A DNA stretch of 64,000 nucleotides from Planctomycetota bacterium (GTDB taxonomy: Bacteria; Planctomycetota; UBA8742; UBA2392). Of this stretch, positions 28,804-40,501 are shown in pieces. Below the pieces are notes generated by a model, which did no database searches, had not been told where the DNA came from, and saw only the letters and a program-made list of their open reading frames with translations. How positions within the stretch are numbered: the stretch's first letter is position 1; the number at the start of each line of letters is the position of its first letter. A program made the translations under genes and the position numbers. The stretch is taken from NCBI GenBank assembly GCA_027493625.1, contig JAOSKM010000003.1, positions 599,028-663,027 of the forward strand. The letters run 5' to 3'.

Positions 28804-31593
28804 TCAGCGCATCTGGAAGAGTCGCAGGCGCGGCGTGCCGCTGATGTCCATCACGGCGCCGGCCATGACGCGCATGGTGCCGTCGACTTCGGTCCAGTCC
28901 GGGTTGATGGCGAACTGGGTATTGAAGCCGGGCACGGTCGTGTTGCCGGGGTTGGCCAGGTCAATGTAGACCGCGTTGGTGCCGACGCCGGTCGTGGCGT
29001 TCCAGCCGGGCACCGTGCTGTCGTAGAGGCGCAGGCGCAGGGTGATGGTGGGAACGACGATCGCGCTGTTGAGCCGCGCGCCGATGCACATGGCGTCACC
29101 GGTGCGGTCCGGGTAGACGATGCCGGTCACCTTGGCCTCGACCGTGCCCGCGAGAGACGTGGCCGTATCCGTGCCGTCAACCACGTCCGGTTCGTGCGGC
29201 GTGACCCAGGTAGAGTTCAGCCAATCGGCATTGTTGCCGTTCAGCATCGCGACGCCGATCTGGGGCCCGCCGGCCGTCGAGCGCTGGGCGCGATAGCTGA
29301 TCACGGCCGTCGCGGCGCCCAGCCCCTGGAACGAGAACAGCTTCGGCGGCGTCGGGAAGACGATCGGATTGCCGGCCAGGGTCTGGTTGTACTCGAGCAG
29401 CACGTCGTCGCCGTTGACGCAGTTGTCGACCACGGTCGGGGTTGCGCTGAAGCTCTGCGACGAGTGCTGATACAGCACGCCATAGAGCCGCACGTCGCCG
29501 GCGCCATCGGCCTGCGTGAAGGTGAGGATGCCGTTGCCGTTCAGGTTGTGGTTGATCTCGGCGTAGGTGACGTGGTTGGTGGTGCCGTTGTCGACGCGCG
29601 TGAGCGTCAGCGCGGCCGCGTCGCTGGCGTCTTCCACCGCCCAGCTGCTGCCGTCGAAGGTGTTGACGAACAGCGCCCACTCGCCGGTTGTGTTGACCTC
29701 CTGCTGCCACACGACCGCCCGTCCGGCGAGACGCGGGTTGTTCTTGTTCAGCAGGTCGGTGTTGAAGAACAGGCGTTCCACCCTGGTTGCAGCCTGGTTG
29801 TCGTCGATGAAGAGGCAGCCCTGCCAGGCGGCGCTGTCGTCTTCTTCGTCGGCGTCCCAGTAGTTGGCCAGGCCGCGGCGCACGGCGTTCACGTCCTGGC
29901 AGAACATCGCCAGCACGTGCGCGCCGCGCAGGATGGTCTGCTGGAAGAATTCCGTGCCGCCGCCGAAGATGCGCCCGCCGTAGTTCTGGGCGCCGAGGTC
30001 GGTGCTGTGGCGTGTGGCGTCTCCGGCGCCCGCGCCGCTGTAGGTGATGCGCTGTGCGGCTGAGAAGCTGTCGTTGTGGGCGCTGTAGAACACGTGCCAG
30101 AACGCCTCCACGCTGCCGTCGTCAGCGCCGAACACGATGTGCGCGTTGCCCGCGAGCGTGAACTCGATCGAGAAAATGCTGACGTCAATGCCGCCCGCCG
30201 GGGTGCCCGCGGGCGTCAGCGCCTGGCGCGCCGTGAAACTGCCGGCCGTGTCGTCCCAGCACGACGCGTACAGGTTGTTCGCGGGTCCGTCGACCCACAC
30301 GGCGATCACCTTGCCGCTGCGGTGGGCCTCGATGTGTCCGCGCACGCCGTACATGCCGGTATCGATCTGCGTGGGCGTTGAATACGCGCCGGCTGCCGGG
30401 GTGAAGCGCGTCGCGAACACGGCGCCGCCCGTTTCGCGGAACATCAGGGCGTGCACGTCACCGGCGCTTGCGTCCCATACCACTTCGTGGTCGGCCGCCG
30501 GCGCGGCGGCCGTCAGCGGCGTGATCGCGCCCAGCGTAGGCGACGCAGCCGAGTCGAAGGTGCGATACAGCAGGCGCTCGTTGCTGTTGCCGCTGTCCGG
30601 CTGGCGGAACACGACGGTGCCGCCCGCGGAGTCGCCGTAGTGCACCCAGACACCGGACGTGTTGCCCCAGGTGCCCGGATTGTGGTCGATGTTGCCGAGG
30701 TCGGCGGCGGTCATGCCCGCGAACACGCCGCGGGTGGGCGCCGCAACGTTGTCCACGGCGAAACTGCCCGTGGTGAATGCCGTGCCGACCGTCGTGTTGA
30801 TCGGTGTGAACCGCAGCAGCACACTGTTGGCCGTGCCGGCGATGTCCGCGGCGGTGTCCCAGACAAACATATGGTCTCGGCCCCGCGTGGTGGCCAGCAG
30901 GCCCGTGGTACCGGAGCTGACGGGGTCAGCGGCCTCGGTGCAGTCATTCCAGTTCGCGCCGCTGTCGGTCGAGAACTCGATCTGCACGGTGTTCGCGGGC
31001 TGTTGCGTCGCGTTGGTCTCAATCAGTGAGAACGGCACGAACGCGTTGCCGTAAAGCGTGCGGTCGGGCGTGGGCGCGTACACCTGCGATGCGGTGACCG
31101 TGCTGCCGCCGCCGCTGTTGTCGATTGTGAAGGCGGTGCTGGTCACGGCCGTGCCGGCGCCCGTGCCGTCGCTGGGCGTAATGCGCACGACAAACGAAAC
31201 CGGCGCGGACGTCGCGACAGCACTGGTATTCCACACGAAGACGTGCGCCTCGCCTGCGGCACTGGCGCTGAGCCCGGTGACGCCATCGCTGCCCGTGCCC
31301 TGGGCGCCGCTGATGTCGACGAAGGGGTTGCCGGCGGAGGACTGGTCCTGCACCTCGATGGCAATGTCCACGCCGGCGGAATCCGGGTCCGTGATCGTGT
31401 ACAGGATCGCGACGTCGCCGCTGCTGCCGTTGGCGGGCAACTGGGTGATGGTCACAACCGGCAGGATGCCGCCTCCGCCACCACCGCCGCCACTGCCGCC
31501 ACCGCCATCGTCGTCGTCACCCGGGCAACCGGCGACGAAAGCGAACAGCGCCGTCAGGACCAGCCAATAACGAATCTTCTGAACAGCCGGCAT
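28804..31593 (-). CDS. Large surface lipoprotein (repeated beta domains)
   Basis: VAGC lipobox, acidic/Gly linker, duplicated H.FVW.T.A module; terminator hairpin at 28763-28793. Confidence 0.85.
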   Translation of the reverse strand: MPAVQKIRYWLVLTALFAFVAGCPGDDDDGGGGSGGGGGGGGILPVVTITQLPANGSSGDVAILYTITDPDSAGVDIAIEVQDQSSAGNPFVDISGAQGTGSDGVTGLSASAAGEAHVFVWNTSAVATSAPVSFVVRITPSDGTGAGTAVTSTAFTIDNSGGGSTVTASQVYAPTPDRTLYGNAFVPFSLIETNATQQPANTVQIEFSTDSGANWNDCTEAADPVSSGTTGLLATTRGRDHMFVWDTAADIAGTANSVLLRFTPINTTVGTAFTTGSFAVDNVAAPTRGVFAGMTAADLGNIDHNPGTWGNTSGVWVHYGDSAGGTVVFRQPDSGNSNERLLYRTFDSAASPTLGAITPLTAAAPAADHEVVWDASAGDVHALMFRETGGAVFATRFTPAAGAYSTPTQIDTGMYGVRGHIEAHRSGKVIAVWVDGPANNLYASCWDDTAGSFTARQALTPAGTPAGGIDVSIFSIEFTLAGNAHIVFGADDGSVEAFWHVFYSAHNDSFSAAQRITYSGAGAGDATRHSTDLGAQNYGGRIFGGGTEFFQQTILRGAHVLAMFCQDVNAVRRGLANYWDADEEDDSAAWQGCLFIDDNQAATRVERLFFNTDLLNKNNPRLAGRAVVWQQEVNTTGEWALFVNTFDGSSWAVEDASDAAALTLTRVDNGTTNHVTYAEINHNLNGNGILTFTQADGAGDVRLYGVLYQHSSQSFSATPTVVDNCVNGDDVLLEYNQTLAGNPIVFPTPPKLFSFQGLGAATAVISYRAQRSTAGGPQIGVAMLNGNNADWLNSTWVTPHEPDVVDGTDTATSLAGTVEAKVTGIVYPDRTGDAMCIGARLNSAIVVPTITLRLRLYDSTVPGWNATTGVGTNAVYIDLANPGNTTVPGFNTQFAINPDWTEVDGTMRVMAGAVMDISGTPRLRLFQMR

Positions 31594-31681
31594 GCTCTCC
31601 CCCTCTTGGTCCGTTTGTGAGAATGAGGGACAACAATAGGCTCACGCCCGTGAGGTGTAAATCAGAAATCACAAGCCCTGC

Positions 31682-33448
31682 TCAGTTCCTCGGAAGATGC
31701 AATACAAAGCAACACGAGGACGGGCATGCCGCTTCGTGCCGAAGCTCGCCGCCCATGGCCCGCGCCAGCCGGCGGCTCAGCGTCAGGCCCAAACCCACGC
31801 CCGGGGCGGAGTTCGCGGCCGCCTGCGCCGACTTGCGGAAGGGCTTGAACATGCGCGTGCCTTCTTCGCGGCTGATGCCGGGGCCGTGGTCGCGCACCAC
31901 CAGGCGCACTTCGCGCGCGTCGAGTTCGCACTCGATGTGGACGCGCTTGTCGTCAGCGCTCGCGGCGTACTTGCAGGCGTTGTCCACCAGGTTGAAGACG
32001 ATCTGCTCCACGGCGCCGGGGTCGGCGCGCACGCTGACCTCCTGCGGGCAGGGCTCGACCACCAGCTGCATGCCGGCCTGCTCCGTGCGCAGGCGCAGGC
32101 GCTCCGTGGCGCGCTCCAGCAGGCGCGGCAGGGCCAGCGTCTCGATGCGCCCGGCCGGCGAGGAATTCTCCAGCCGCGCGTAGGCCAGCACGTTTTCGAC
32201 CAGATGGCCGAGGCGCAGCGCCTCCGAGTGCAGGGTGTTGAGGTATTCGAGGCGCGTCTGTTCGTCGCGGATGCGCCCGGCGGCCAGCATCTCGGTGTAC
32301 ATGCGGAAGGTGGTCAGCGGCGTGCGCAGCTCGTGTGAAACCGCCGACACGAACTCCGCCCGGCGCTGCGCCAGCCCCAGCGTGCGCTGCAGCACGAACG
32401 CGAGCCCCAGCGCCACCAGCGCCAGGCAGGCCCACGCCACGTACATCGTGAGGCGCAGCGGCGAGCGCCCCTCGGGCGCCGCCACTGGCACCTCGCCGGG
32501 CAGCACCTCGATGGGCAGCGCCGCCAGCCGGTGCACGTTGGCAGCCTCAACTGTGGTGGGGTCCATGGGCGCGGCGCGAAAGCTGGCGTTCGGCAGCGCC
32601 TCGGCGCCGGCCGCGCGCAGGTCGGCCTCGATGCGCGCGCGATCAAGCAGGCAACCCTGCACGTACTCGGAGTCGCCCAGGCTGATGCGCCGCGCCAGCA
32701 GCAGGTTGTCGCCGACCCACACGGCCGTCATGGGGCCTTCGCGCACGTCGATTGGCTTCTGCAGGGTGTTCAGCTGGTACTGGCCGGCCTGCTCGATCCT
32801 GCGTTTGACGGCCTGCTGCTTGTAGGCGTCGGCGCGCTGCTGGTACTCGGCCTGGTTGACGGTGTTCTGCGCGGCCCAGCTTTCGTCGGCGAGCACCATC
32901 TCGGGCAGCACCGGGTCTCGCAGCTCGAGCTTGCGCTCGGGCAGCAGGGTCAGCAGCTGCTCGCGACTGGTGGCGGCGCCTACACGCGCGAGCTGTTTGT
33001 TCGCGTCGTCGATCTGTTGCTGGCTCAGGAAGCGCAGGGCGGCCATGGTGCGCCACTCGCCGCGCGGGACCTGGGGCGAAGTCAGCGAGCCGTCGGGCTC
33101 GAACTGGAAGTGCACCACGATCTGCGGCACCTGGTTGCGCAGCAGCGGCGAGGGCAGCAGCACGTCGCCTTCCTGCATGTCGTTGAACATGCGGGTGTAG
33201 GCCCCCTCGGCCGGGAAGAACGGCACGTACTGGAAGTAGGGGCGCGCGGCCTCGTCGGTGACGACCGGCGCTAGCTCACCGTCCATCTGCCAGAGCGCGA
33301 GGCGGATGTTTTCCTCGGCCAGGGCCCGGCGGGTGTTTTCGGCCTGGGCGTCTTCAAGCGCCATCAACCGCACGCTGACGTACGCCATCAGGCCGCCCGC
33401 AAGCAGCAGGCCCAGCGCGAAGACACTCCAGAGCAGGCTGGTCTTCAT
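31682..33448 (-). CDS. Sensor histidine kinase
   Basis: Two TM helices; SHELRTPL, NLVDNACKY, DHGPG, GVGLGL. Confidence 0.93.
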   Translation of the reverse strand: MKTSLLWSVFALGLLLAGGLMAYVSVRLMALEDAQAENTRRALAEENIRLALWQMDGELAPVVTDEAARPYFQYVPFFPAEGAYTRMFNDMQEGDVLLPSPLLRNQVPQIVVHFQFEPDGSLTSPQVPRGEWRTMAALRFLSQQQIDDANKQLARVGAATSREQLLTLLPERKLELRDPVLPEMVLADESWAAQNTVNQAEYQQRADAYKQQAVKRRIEQAGQYQLNTLQKPIDVREGPMTAVWVGDNLLLARRISLGDSEYVQGCLLDRARIEADLRAAGAEALPNASFRAAPMDPTTVEAANVHRLAALPIEVLPGEVPVAAPEGRSPLRLTMYVAWACLALVALGLAFVLQRTLGLAQRRAEFVSAVSHELRTPLTTFRMYTEMLAAGRIRDEQTRLEYLNTLHSEALRLGHLVENVLAYARLENSSPAGRIETLALPRLLERATERLRLRTEQAGMQLVVEPCPQEVSVRADPGAVEQIVFNLVDNACKYAASADDKRVHIECELDAREVRLVVRDHGPGISREEGTRMFKPFRKSAQAAANSAPGVGLGLTLSRRLARAMGGELRHEAACPSSCCFVLHLPRN

Positions 33449-34140
33449 GACGCCACCGCCAGCATGTAGCCCTTGCCGCGCACGGTCAGCAGGATGCGCG
33501 GGTCATCGCCGGAATCGCGCAGCTTGTCGCGCAGGCGCGCCACGTGCATGTCGATGGTGCGCGTGCTGATGCCCGAGGGGTCGATGCGCCACACGCGGCT
33601 TAATATCTCGTCGCGCGAAATGGCACGGCCGGGGTTGACCACGAAATAGCGCAGCAGCTCGCGTTCGCGCTCGGACAGCTCAACGCGGGTGCCGTCGTGG
33701 TAGCGGATTTCGCAACGGGCGAGGTCGGCGACGCCCTCGGCGAATTCGAACTCCTGCACGTCCTGCGGACGCTCCGGCGAGCGGCGCATCACGGCCTCGA
33801 CGCGCGCCATCAGCTCGACGACGCTGAAGGGTTTGACCACGTAGTCGTCGGCGCCGAGTTTTAAACCCGCAACGCGGTCTTTCTCGTTGCCCAAGGCGGT
33901 CAGCACGATCACGGGCAGGGTGGGGCGCACGCGGCGGACTTCGCGCAGGATTTCAAGGCCGTGGAGTTTGGGCAGGGCAAGGTCAAGCAGCACCAGGTCG
34001 CAATCCACCTGCAGGGCGGATTTCAGGCCGGCCTCGCCGTCGGCGGCCTCCAGCGCGGTGAAGCCCTCGAACTTCAGGGCGTCCACCACGCCGCGGCGGA
34101 TGGCGGCGTCGTCTTCAATCACCAGCACAGTACGCAACAT
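33445..34140 (-). CDS. OmpR-family response regulator
   Basis: IEDD, LDLALP, GADDYVVKPF, TVRGKGY. Confidence 0.95.
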   Translation of the reverse strand: MLRTVLVIEDDAAIRRGVVDALKFEGFTALEAADGEAGLKSALQVDCDLVLLDLALPKLHGLEILREVRRVRPTLPVIVLTALGNEKDRVAGLKLGADDYVVKPFSVVELMARVEAVMRRSPERPQDVQEFEFAEGVADLARCEIRYHDGTRVELSERERELLRYFVVNPGRAISRDEILSRVWRIDPSGISTRTIDMHVARLRDKLRDSGDDPRILLTVRGKGYMLAVAS

Positions 34141-34316
34141 GCGCCCATTGTAAGGAAGCGGCGTCGCCCGCGCCTGAGAATTGAAGGTGGTCTGCACAAA
34201 GCCTCCATCTCGACTGCACACAAATGATAGGCCGTGCCGGGCATCACCCGTGTAACAACGCTGTAAAAGCCGCGGCAGTCAACTTATAAATGTAGTAGCA
34301 GATGCGAGGAGTCGGT

Positions 34317-35939
34317 ATGAAATGGCAGCCAATCCTGTTCGTCGCTTTGCTGCTGCTTGTGGTTGGGTTGGTAGCGCTATGGATTTTGAACGCTGACGGA
34401 CCAGATTCTACGACTTCACCCGCCTTCGGGTTTGACGGGCAGACTGCAAGCAACTCCGCACCACTCGCGCAAGGTGAACGCACGCCCTCGGCACCCGAGT
34501 TAGCGGAGCCGAAGTCGGATCAACCTGCCACAACTCCGCCGGTTGAGGGGCCGCCTGAGCTTCCCTCCATGCCAGAAGCGCCTGTCGAGACTGCGGTCCT
34601 CAGCGGTGAGTTGTGGGTACCGCTGGCCTATGGAGATGCTGTGTTCGATGTCTTCCATTGGGCTGGCATCGAGACCCCGGCAACCCGCGCCGAGTGGGAA
34701 CACGGCGGTACCCGGCTGATTGTTCAGGACAATCGATTCAGTCTCGAGGGTGTCAAACCGGGGGCCTGCAGCCTGGCAGTGTTTCAAGGCGATCTGCTTC
34801 TTGTTTCGGAAGCGGTCGTGGTCGAACCGGTCGGCAAACACGTAGTCATCAAGTTGCCCGAGCCGGACCCCGGCTTCCTCGTCATTCACGTCTTCGACCC
34901 TGACGGTGGTCCTGCATCCGACGTGAGCGTTAATGTCTGGGTGGAGGCACCGCGCGGTGGATTGCACGTAGGACGAGCCGAGTTGCAACCCGACATGACC
35001 TATCGGATACGGCGCGTCAAGGAAAGTGAAGTCCTGGCCCGGCGCGGGAAACGCGAGCAGGTCGATCAGTGGGTCTATTCAGTTGCGGTAGGGAACTCTG
35101 CTTACGGTGAGTTGAAGGTGGAGCACCCCTGGCTGTCGGTTGAGGATCCGACAGTCCGGCTTACGCCTCCTGCCTTCCTCAACATCACGCTGACTGGAGA
35201 ATCCGTCGACGCGGACCCTGTTCGCTATGCATTTGCTCTACACCGCATGACTGGCGGCAGGGGAGTTTCATCGGTAATAGCTCCTGCTACGGACACCCCC
35301 ATCCGGCTCGGGCCAGTCCAGAGCGGCAGGTGTCTTTTAAGACTCTCGCTACTGTTCCGCAGCAACCGGAACGATTTCGACGGATACGCAATAGACAGTC
35401 GTGAGATCGAACTGCAGCCCGGTGAGAACCAGTACGAATTTGCCCTGCCCCTGCTGCATGCCGTGCGTTTTCACTACGCCCAGGAGCGCAAGGCGAGAAT
35501 CGAGCTAACTCTGCGGGAAGAGGTCGGCCTGCCGCTCACTTGGGACGCCGACGGATTCTCCGCTTTTGACGGCCTGCCAGCCGGCAAGTGGAAGCTCGTG
35601 GATCGCCTGTACGGCGAGATGGAGTTCGAAGTGCCGACTGCGGGCGATGTGGAAGTCGTGCTGCGCCCCTACGATGCCCTGGTAATCACCGCCTGCGATG
35701 AAGACGCCGAGGCGTTCCGGCAAGGCTTGCGCCAGGGCGACATCATTGTTGCGATCGAGGGGGTGCGTTTCACCAGCGCTCTGGATGCGGGTAGACGATT
35801 TGCCGAAGCGGCCGAGCAGGCCAATCCACGACTCACCATTATCCGCGATGGCACGGAGCAACAGGTGACGCTTACGGATCCAAAGCAGGCTGTCCGCGAC
35901 CGGACGCTGCGCAAAGAGTACGGCTACCGCCCGCAGTAG
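34317..35939 (+). CDS. Membrane-anchored beta-sandwich repeat protein with C-terminal PDZ domain (paralog 1)
   Basis: N-terminal TM, Pro linker, GLRQGDIIVAIEG PDZ motif. Confidence 0.8.
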   Translation: MKWQPILFVALLLLVVGLVALWILNADGPDSTTSPAFGFDGQTASNSAPLAQGERTPSAPELAEPKSDQPATTPPVEGPPELPSMPEAPVETAVLSGELWVPLAYGDAVFDVFHWAGIETPATRAEWEHGGTRLIVQDNRFSLEGVKPGACSLAVFQGDLLLVSEAVVVEPVGKHVVIKLPEPDPGFLVIHVFDPDGGPASDVSVNVWVEAPRGGLHVGRAELQPDMTYRIRRVKESEVLARRGKREQVDQWVYSVAVGNSAYGELKVEHPWLSVEDPTVRLTPPAFLNITLTGESVDADPVRYAFALHRMTGGRGVSSVIAPATDTPIRLGPVQSGRCLLRLSLLFRSNRNDFDGYAIDSREIELQPGENQYEFALPLLHAVRFHYAQERKARIELTLREEVGLPLTWDADGFSAFDGLPAGKWKLVDRLYGEMEFEVPTAGDVEVVLRPYDALVITACDEDAEAFRQGLRQGDIIVAIEGVRFTSALDAGRRFAEAAEQANPRLTIIRDGTEQQVTLTDPKQAVRDRTLRKEYGYRPQ

Positions 35940-35954
35940 CTGACAGGAGCTAGC

Positions 35955-38220
35955 ATGAACAAGGCAGTACACGTCGCGCTTGGGCTGGTGCTGGGGCTGC
36001 TGGCCGGCCTGGCGATTGGTGTGGCCGTGACGCAACGGGCGCCTGGCGCCCATGGTCGCTGACGCCCTGCCCGCAGCCGACGAGCCGCTTGCCGACACGC
36101 CGCCGCCGGAAGCGCTGCCGACCGAAACATCGCCTGAGCCCACGAGGGAGTCCGCGAAAAAGCCCGCGGCCGGCAGCAGCCTTGCGGATCTCATCGCCGC
36201 CGCGGACACGCTGCCACTGCCCAAGGGGGACGGCGTGATCACCGGCGTGGTGCGCACGCAGGCGGGCGAGCCGCTGGCGGGAGTGACGATTACCGCCACG
36301 CCCAGCTACCCCGAAGAGCGCAACTGGAGCGGCCTGGACACGGAGGCGCGCATCCGTGAGCAGATCCGCTACGAGAAGTGGCGCGAACTCGCACGCCGCA
36401 ACGTCGTCACGGGGGCGGACGGCAACTACCGTCTCGAAGGACTGGCGCTCAAGACCGATTACAGCGTGTGGGCGGAACTGGAGGGCTGGCGCTTCGAGCG
36501 CACACCGCACCGCAACTATTTCCAGGCCGGCATGGAGGCGAATTTCAAAGCACTGGTGAACATCATGGTGCCCTTGGAAGTGCGGTTGCCGGACGGCCGC
36601 GCGCCGCGGCAGGCGGAAGTCAAGTTCCACAAGGCGGGAGAAGAGAACTCGGTGTTCGCCACCCGCCCGCGCAACGGCACGGGCGTAATCGGCCTGGAAC
36701 CGGGCGACTGGGTCGCCAGCGCCAAGGCCGGCGACGCATGGGAGTACGAGTCAGAATTGGTCACCTTCAAACTCGCGGCCGGCCAGGCGCCGCCTGCGCT
36801 GGTGTTCGAGCTGAAGGGGCGCTCGGGCTTGCAGGGCAAGGTCTCGGTTCCCGCTGGTTATCGCTTTGAGTCCCTCGAGGTCGTGGTGCTGCCGGGGGAA
36901 GGAGTCGAGCCGCCGCCGCTTCTGACAGCCAGTATGCTGGAGAGCAAGGTTGCCGAAGTCGTGGTGTGGCCGCGTGAAGCATGGTCGTTCCAGGTCCTGG
37001 ATCTCGCGCCCGCAACCTACCGTGTCGTGCTGCACTATGGAAACCGCGTCCTGGACTGGCGCAATGTCACGGTCGGCGGCGACCTGGCAGCCTGTGACCT
37101 CGCCGTCCCGCCCGCCCGCGCCGAAGACTACTTCGCAGTTCGCGTCTACGATCCAGAGGGTGAAGCGACCGACGCCGTTCAGGTCTATCTGGCCGTGACA
37201 TCAGATCAGCACGGCTACAGTGGCTGGAGTGAACAGTACCGACCGGAGCCGGACACCAGGTTGATCTGGATTCGACGCGTGACGCTTGAAGAACTGATCG
37301 GAGAGCATGCGGAACAGTGGATGTACACCATCACTGTCAGGAGCAAGAAGTACGGCCAGCTCAGCCAGCCCTATGCCCCGACCGACCGGCACGAGCTGGT
37401 ATTCCGTTTCCAGCACCCCGCCCACGTCACAGTGACTGTGCCCGGCTACAACGAGCATGATCTTCGCGAGCGCCTGACCTGGAGCGTGGTCGAAGTCGGC
37501 AAGGAGGGACGACTCTTCAGGCGCTGGGAGCGTGAACGCCTGGGCACGAGCTGGAACGTCGCGCCGCTCAAGTTTGGCCCGCTCGTCCCCGGCCGATATG
37601 AACTGGTGCTGATGTTTGAGATGAAACACAGCAAACGCGAGCTGCTGCGCCGCCCCATCGACCTGGCGGGGGGTGAAAACGCGGTCAGCGCGGAAGTGCC
37701 GAGCCTCTACACGCTGACAGTGCGCTGCCGGACCAAGGCCGAGGCCGAGGGCGTCTCCCTCTATCGCGGGACGTCGAGGTACGCGACCTGGGAGGATGAA
37801 GTGGTCCGCGAGGGCGCGGTGGCGCGATTCCTGGAGTTACCGGAGGGCGAGTACCGGCTGGAGACCGGCGCCGGCACATTGGCGCTGGAGCTGTCCGCCG
37901 ACAAAGAGGTGGATTTCGCGCCCCGGGTCTACGACTGCCTGGTGATCAGCGGCATCAAGCCGGGTGGTTTGATCGAGGGGCTGGGCCTGTGCAACGGCGA
38001 CAAGCTGATCGCCGTGGACGGCAATCCCTGCGAGGACCTGAAGCTGTTCCGCGCGCACCTTGACGTGTCAAAGGGCAAGGACAGCACCACCTGGACCGTG
38101 CTACGCAACGGCGTGCCCATCGACGTGACCTTCAGCGGCAAACAACTCACTGAAATCCTGAAGAACCGCAGCGAGAACAGCGAAGACATCGACCTCGACC
38201 GCGCCTATCGCGACGACTGA
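35955..38220 (+). CDS. Carboxypeptidase-regulatory-like repeats plus PDZ (paralog 2), frameshift at about 36045
   Basis: ITGVVRT..GEPLAGV, T..DGNYRLEGL, GLCNGDKLIAVDG; one extra T relative to paralog 3. Confidence 0.8.
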
Positions 38221-38233
38221 ACAGGAGGTTGGC

Positions 38234-40488
38234 ATGAACGGGAAACTGGCGATTTCCACCGCGCTTGGGCTGGTGCTGGGGCTGCTGATCGGCCTGGCGA
38301 TTGGTGTGGCCGTGACGCAACGGGCGCCGGCGCCCACAGTCGCTGACGCCCGGCCGGCAGCCGACGAGCCGCTTGCCCACACGCCGCCGCCGGAAGCGCT
38401 GCCGACCGAAACATCGCCTGAGCCCGCAAAAGAGCCCGCGAAAAGCCCGCGGCCGGCGCCAGCCTGACGGAGATCATCGCCGCCGCCGAGATTCCCGAGG
38501 TCCCCCGTGGCAACGGCGTGATCTCGGGTTCGGTGAAGACCATCGACGGCGCACCCGTCGAGGGCGTGCTGGTGTACGTCTCCAGCGATTACCCGGAACG
38601 GCGCTACTACCAGGGTATGGCCGCCGAGGAGCGCGTCAGGCAGGAGATCCGCTACGCGCGCTGGCTTGAACTCGCGCAGCGGCAGGTTGCCACGGACGCT
38701 GAGGGCAACTATCGCGTCGAGGGGCTGGCGGAGAACGTCCGCTACGCCGTGCGGGCGGAGTCCCCTGCCTGGAGCATCGAGTCCGCGAATTCCAACCGTG
38801 GTCGCACCAGGCCGCCTGCGGAAATTCAATTCATTGCGCGGCCTGCAACGACCCTGCTGGTTCAGGTGCGGTATGAAGACGGCAAACACGTGGAACACGC
38901 GACCATCAAGTACCGCGCCCGCGCGCTCAGCAGGGAGAGCGAAAGCTACACGCGGGACGCAGGGCCCGCAGAACTCCGGCTCACGCCGGGAGAGTGGATC
39001 ATCTACGCCACTTCGGATCAGTTCGGCGCTGACGACTCACGGCTGCGCTATCGTTCGTCCGAGGTCGAGGTCCGTTTCGAGGCGGGCCAGACACTGCAGC
39101 CGATCGAGCTCACGCTGATCCGCACGCCCGGCATCGGCGGAATCATCGAGACACCCAAGGGCTTCAGCAGGTTGCCCCTTGATGTAAAGGTACAGCAGGA
39201 TCCGCCCAGCGAACCGCCGAACAGCGAGAACGTGGAGCGCACCCTCCGAAGCGACGTGTGGTCCGACGGCGACGTGCTGCGCTGGCGCTGTCACGACCTG
39301 GAGCCCGGCTGCTACCGCGTCATGCTGTTCGGGGAAGAGCGGGTGCTGGACTGGGCGGACGTCACCCTGGCGGGCAACGATGCGGAGCACAACCTGCGCA
39401 TGCCCCAGCCCAGCACTGAAACCCACATCGTCATCCGCGTGTACTCGCCCGAGGGCGAACTGCTGCGCGACCCGAACATAAGCGTTGATGCGTACTCGAA
39501 AGGCGGCTCCCACGGGTACACGCCACGGGTCATGCCGGCCGAAGACGGCAGCATCTGGCTGGCGCGCAATGCCCGAGGACGGGATGTCGAGTACCAGTAC
39601 TACGACATCACGGTATCTCACACCGAGCACGGTCAGCGCACCGTTCGCTACGAAGCTTCTTCACGCGAGGTGCTGGACATCCACCTGCAGAAGCCGGCCT
39701 GGCTGCTGCTGAACGTCACCAACGGCAAGGATCACCCGGCCGGCAACGTCCTGGAATGGAGCCTCTGGCAGTCTGACGGAGACCGAGGTTCATACCGGCG
39801 GCTGGACAAGCACGGCGGGAGGTCCGCTGCACCCATCCGCATGGGCCCCGTGGCACCCGGTGAGTATGAGCTGATGCTGGAACTCAGTATCGGGCAATTC
39901 GAGTCGTACACGCTTCTGAGGAGCACGGTCAGCTTACGGCAGGGAGACAACGAGTTCAGCGAAAGCATTCCCGAACTGTGCAGCCTGACGATCCGCGCCG
40001 AGGATGAGTCGAAGCCGCCCAATCTGGACCTGAAATCCACCACGGGCGGACTGAATGTCGACGTGTCCCGGGGCAACTTCAGGCAAGGAGTGCTTACCAT
40101 CCCGTTTCTTCCGGCCGGAACCTATCTGTTGAAATCGAGCGTTGGCCAGATGAAGGTTACACTGCCGACCTCGTCAGAGGTCGTGTTCCGCCCGCGCCCG
40201 TGGGACTGCCTGAAGCTTGAGATCCAGCCCGAAGGCGGAGTGATTGAGGCGCTGGGCGTGAAAGACGGCGACCTGCTGATCGAGATCGACGGGAAGGCCG
40301 TCGGGGGCGAACGCGAATCCCTCGAGTTGCAGGCGTCATTTACCAGGCAGAGCACCACCTGGGTGGTGATGCGAAACGGAGTGCGCACCGACGTCACCTT
40401 CGACGGCACGGCGCTCTACGCAATCATGACGAACCGTGACCGTGATTCGCGTGAGTACCTGCACGCCGAGCGCTGGGTGCGAGACTGA
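38234..40488 (+). CDS. Carboxypeptidase-regulatory-like repeats plus PDZ (paralog 3), frameshift at about 38443
   Basis: AGGAGG RBS; one A missing relative to paralog 2; GVKDGDLLIEIDG. Confidence 0.8.
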
Positions 40489-40501
40489 GACTGACCCGGT
40501 T

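Noticed and set aside
28066..30063. Long plus-strand ORF (665 aa) and similar antisense ORFs (e.g. 57156-58427, 58883-60211, 12018-13007)
   Set aside because: Shadow frames of real opposite-strand genes in high-GC DNA; no motifs
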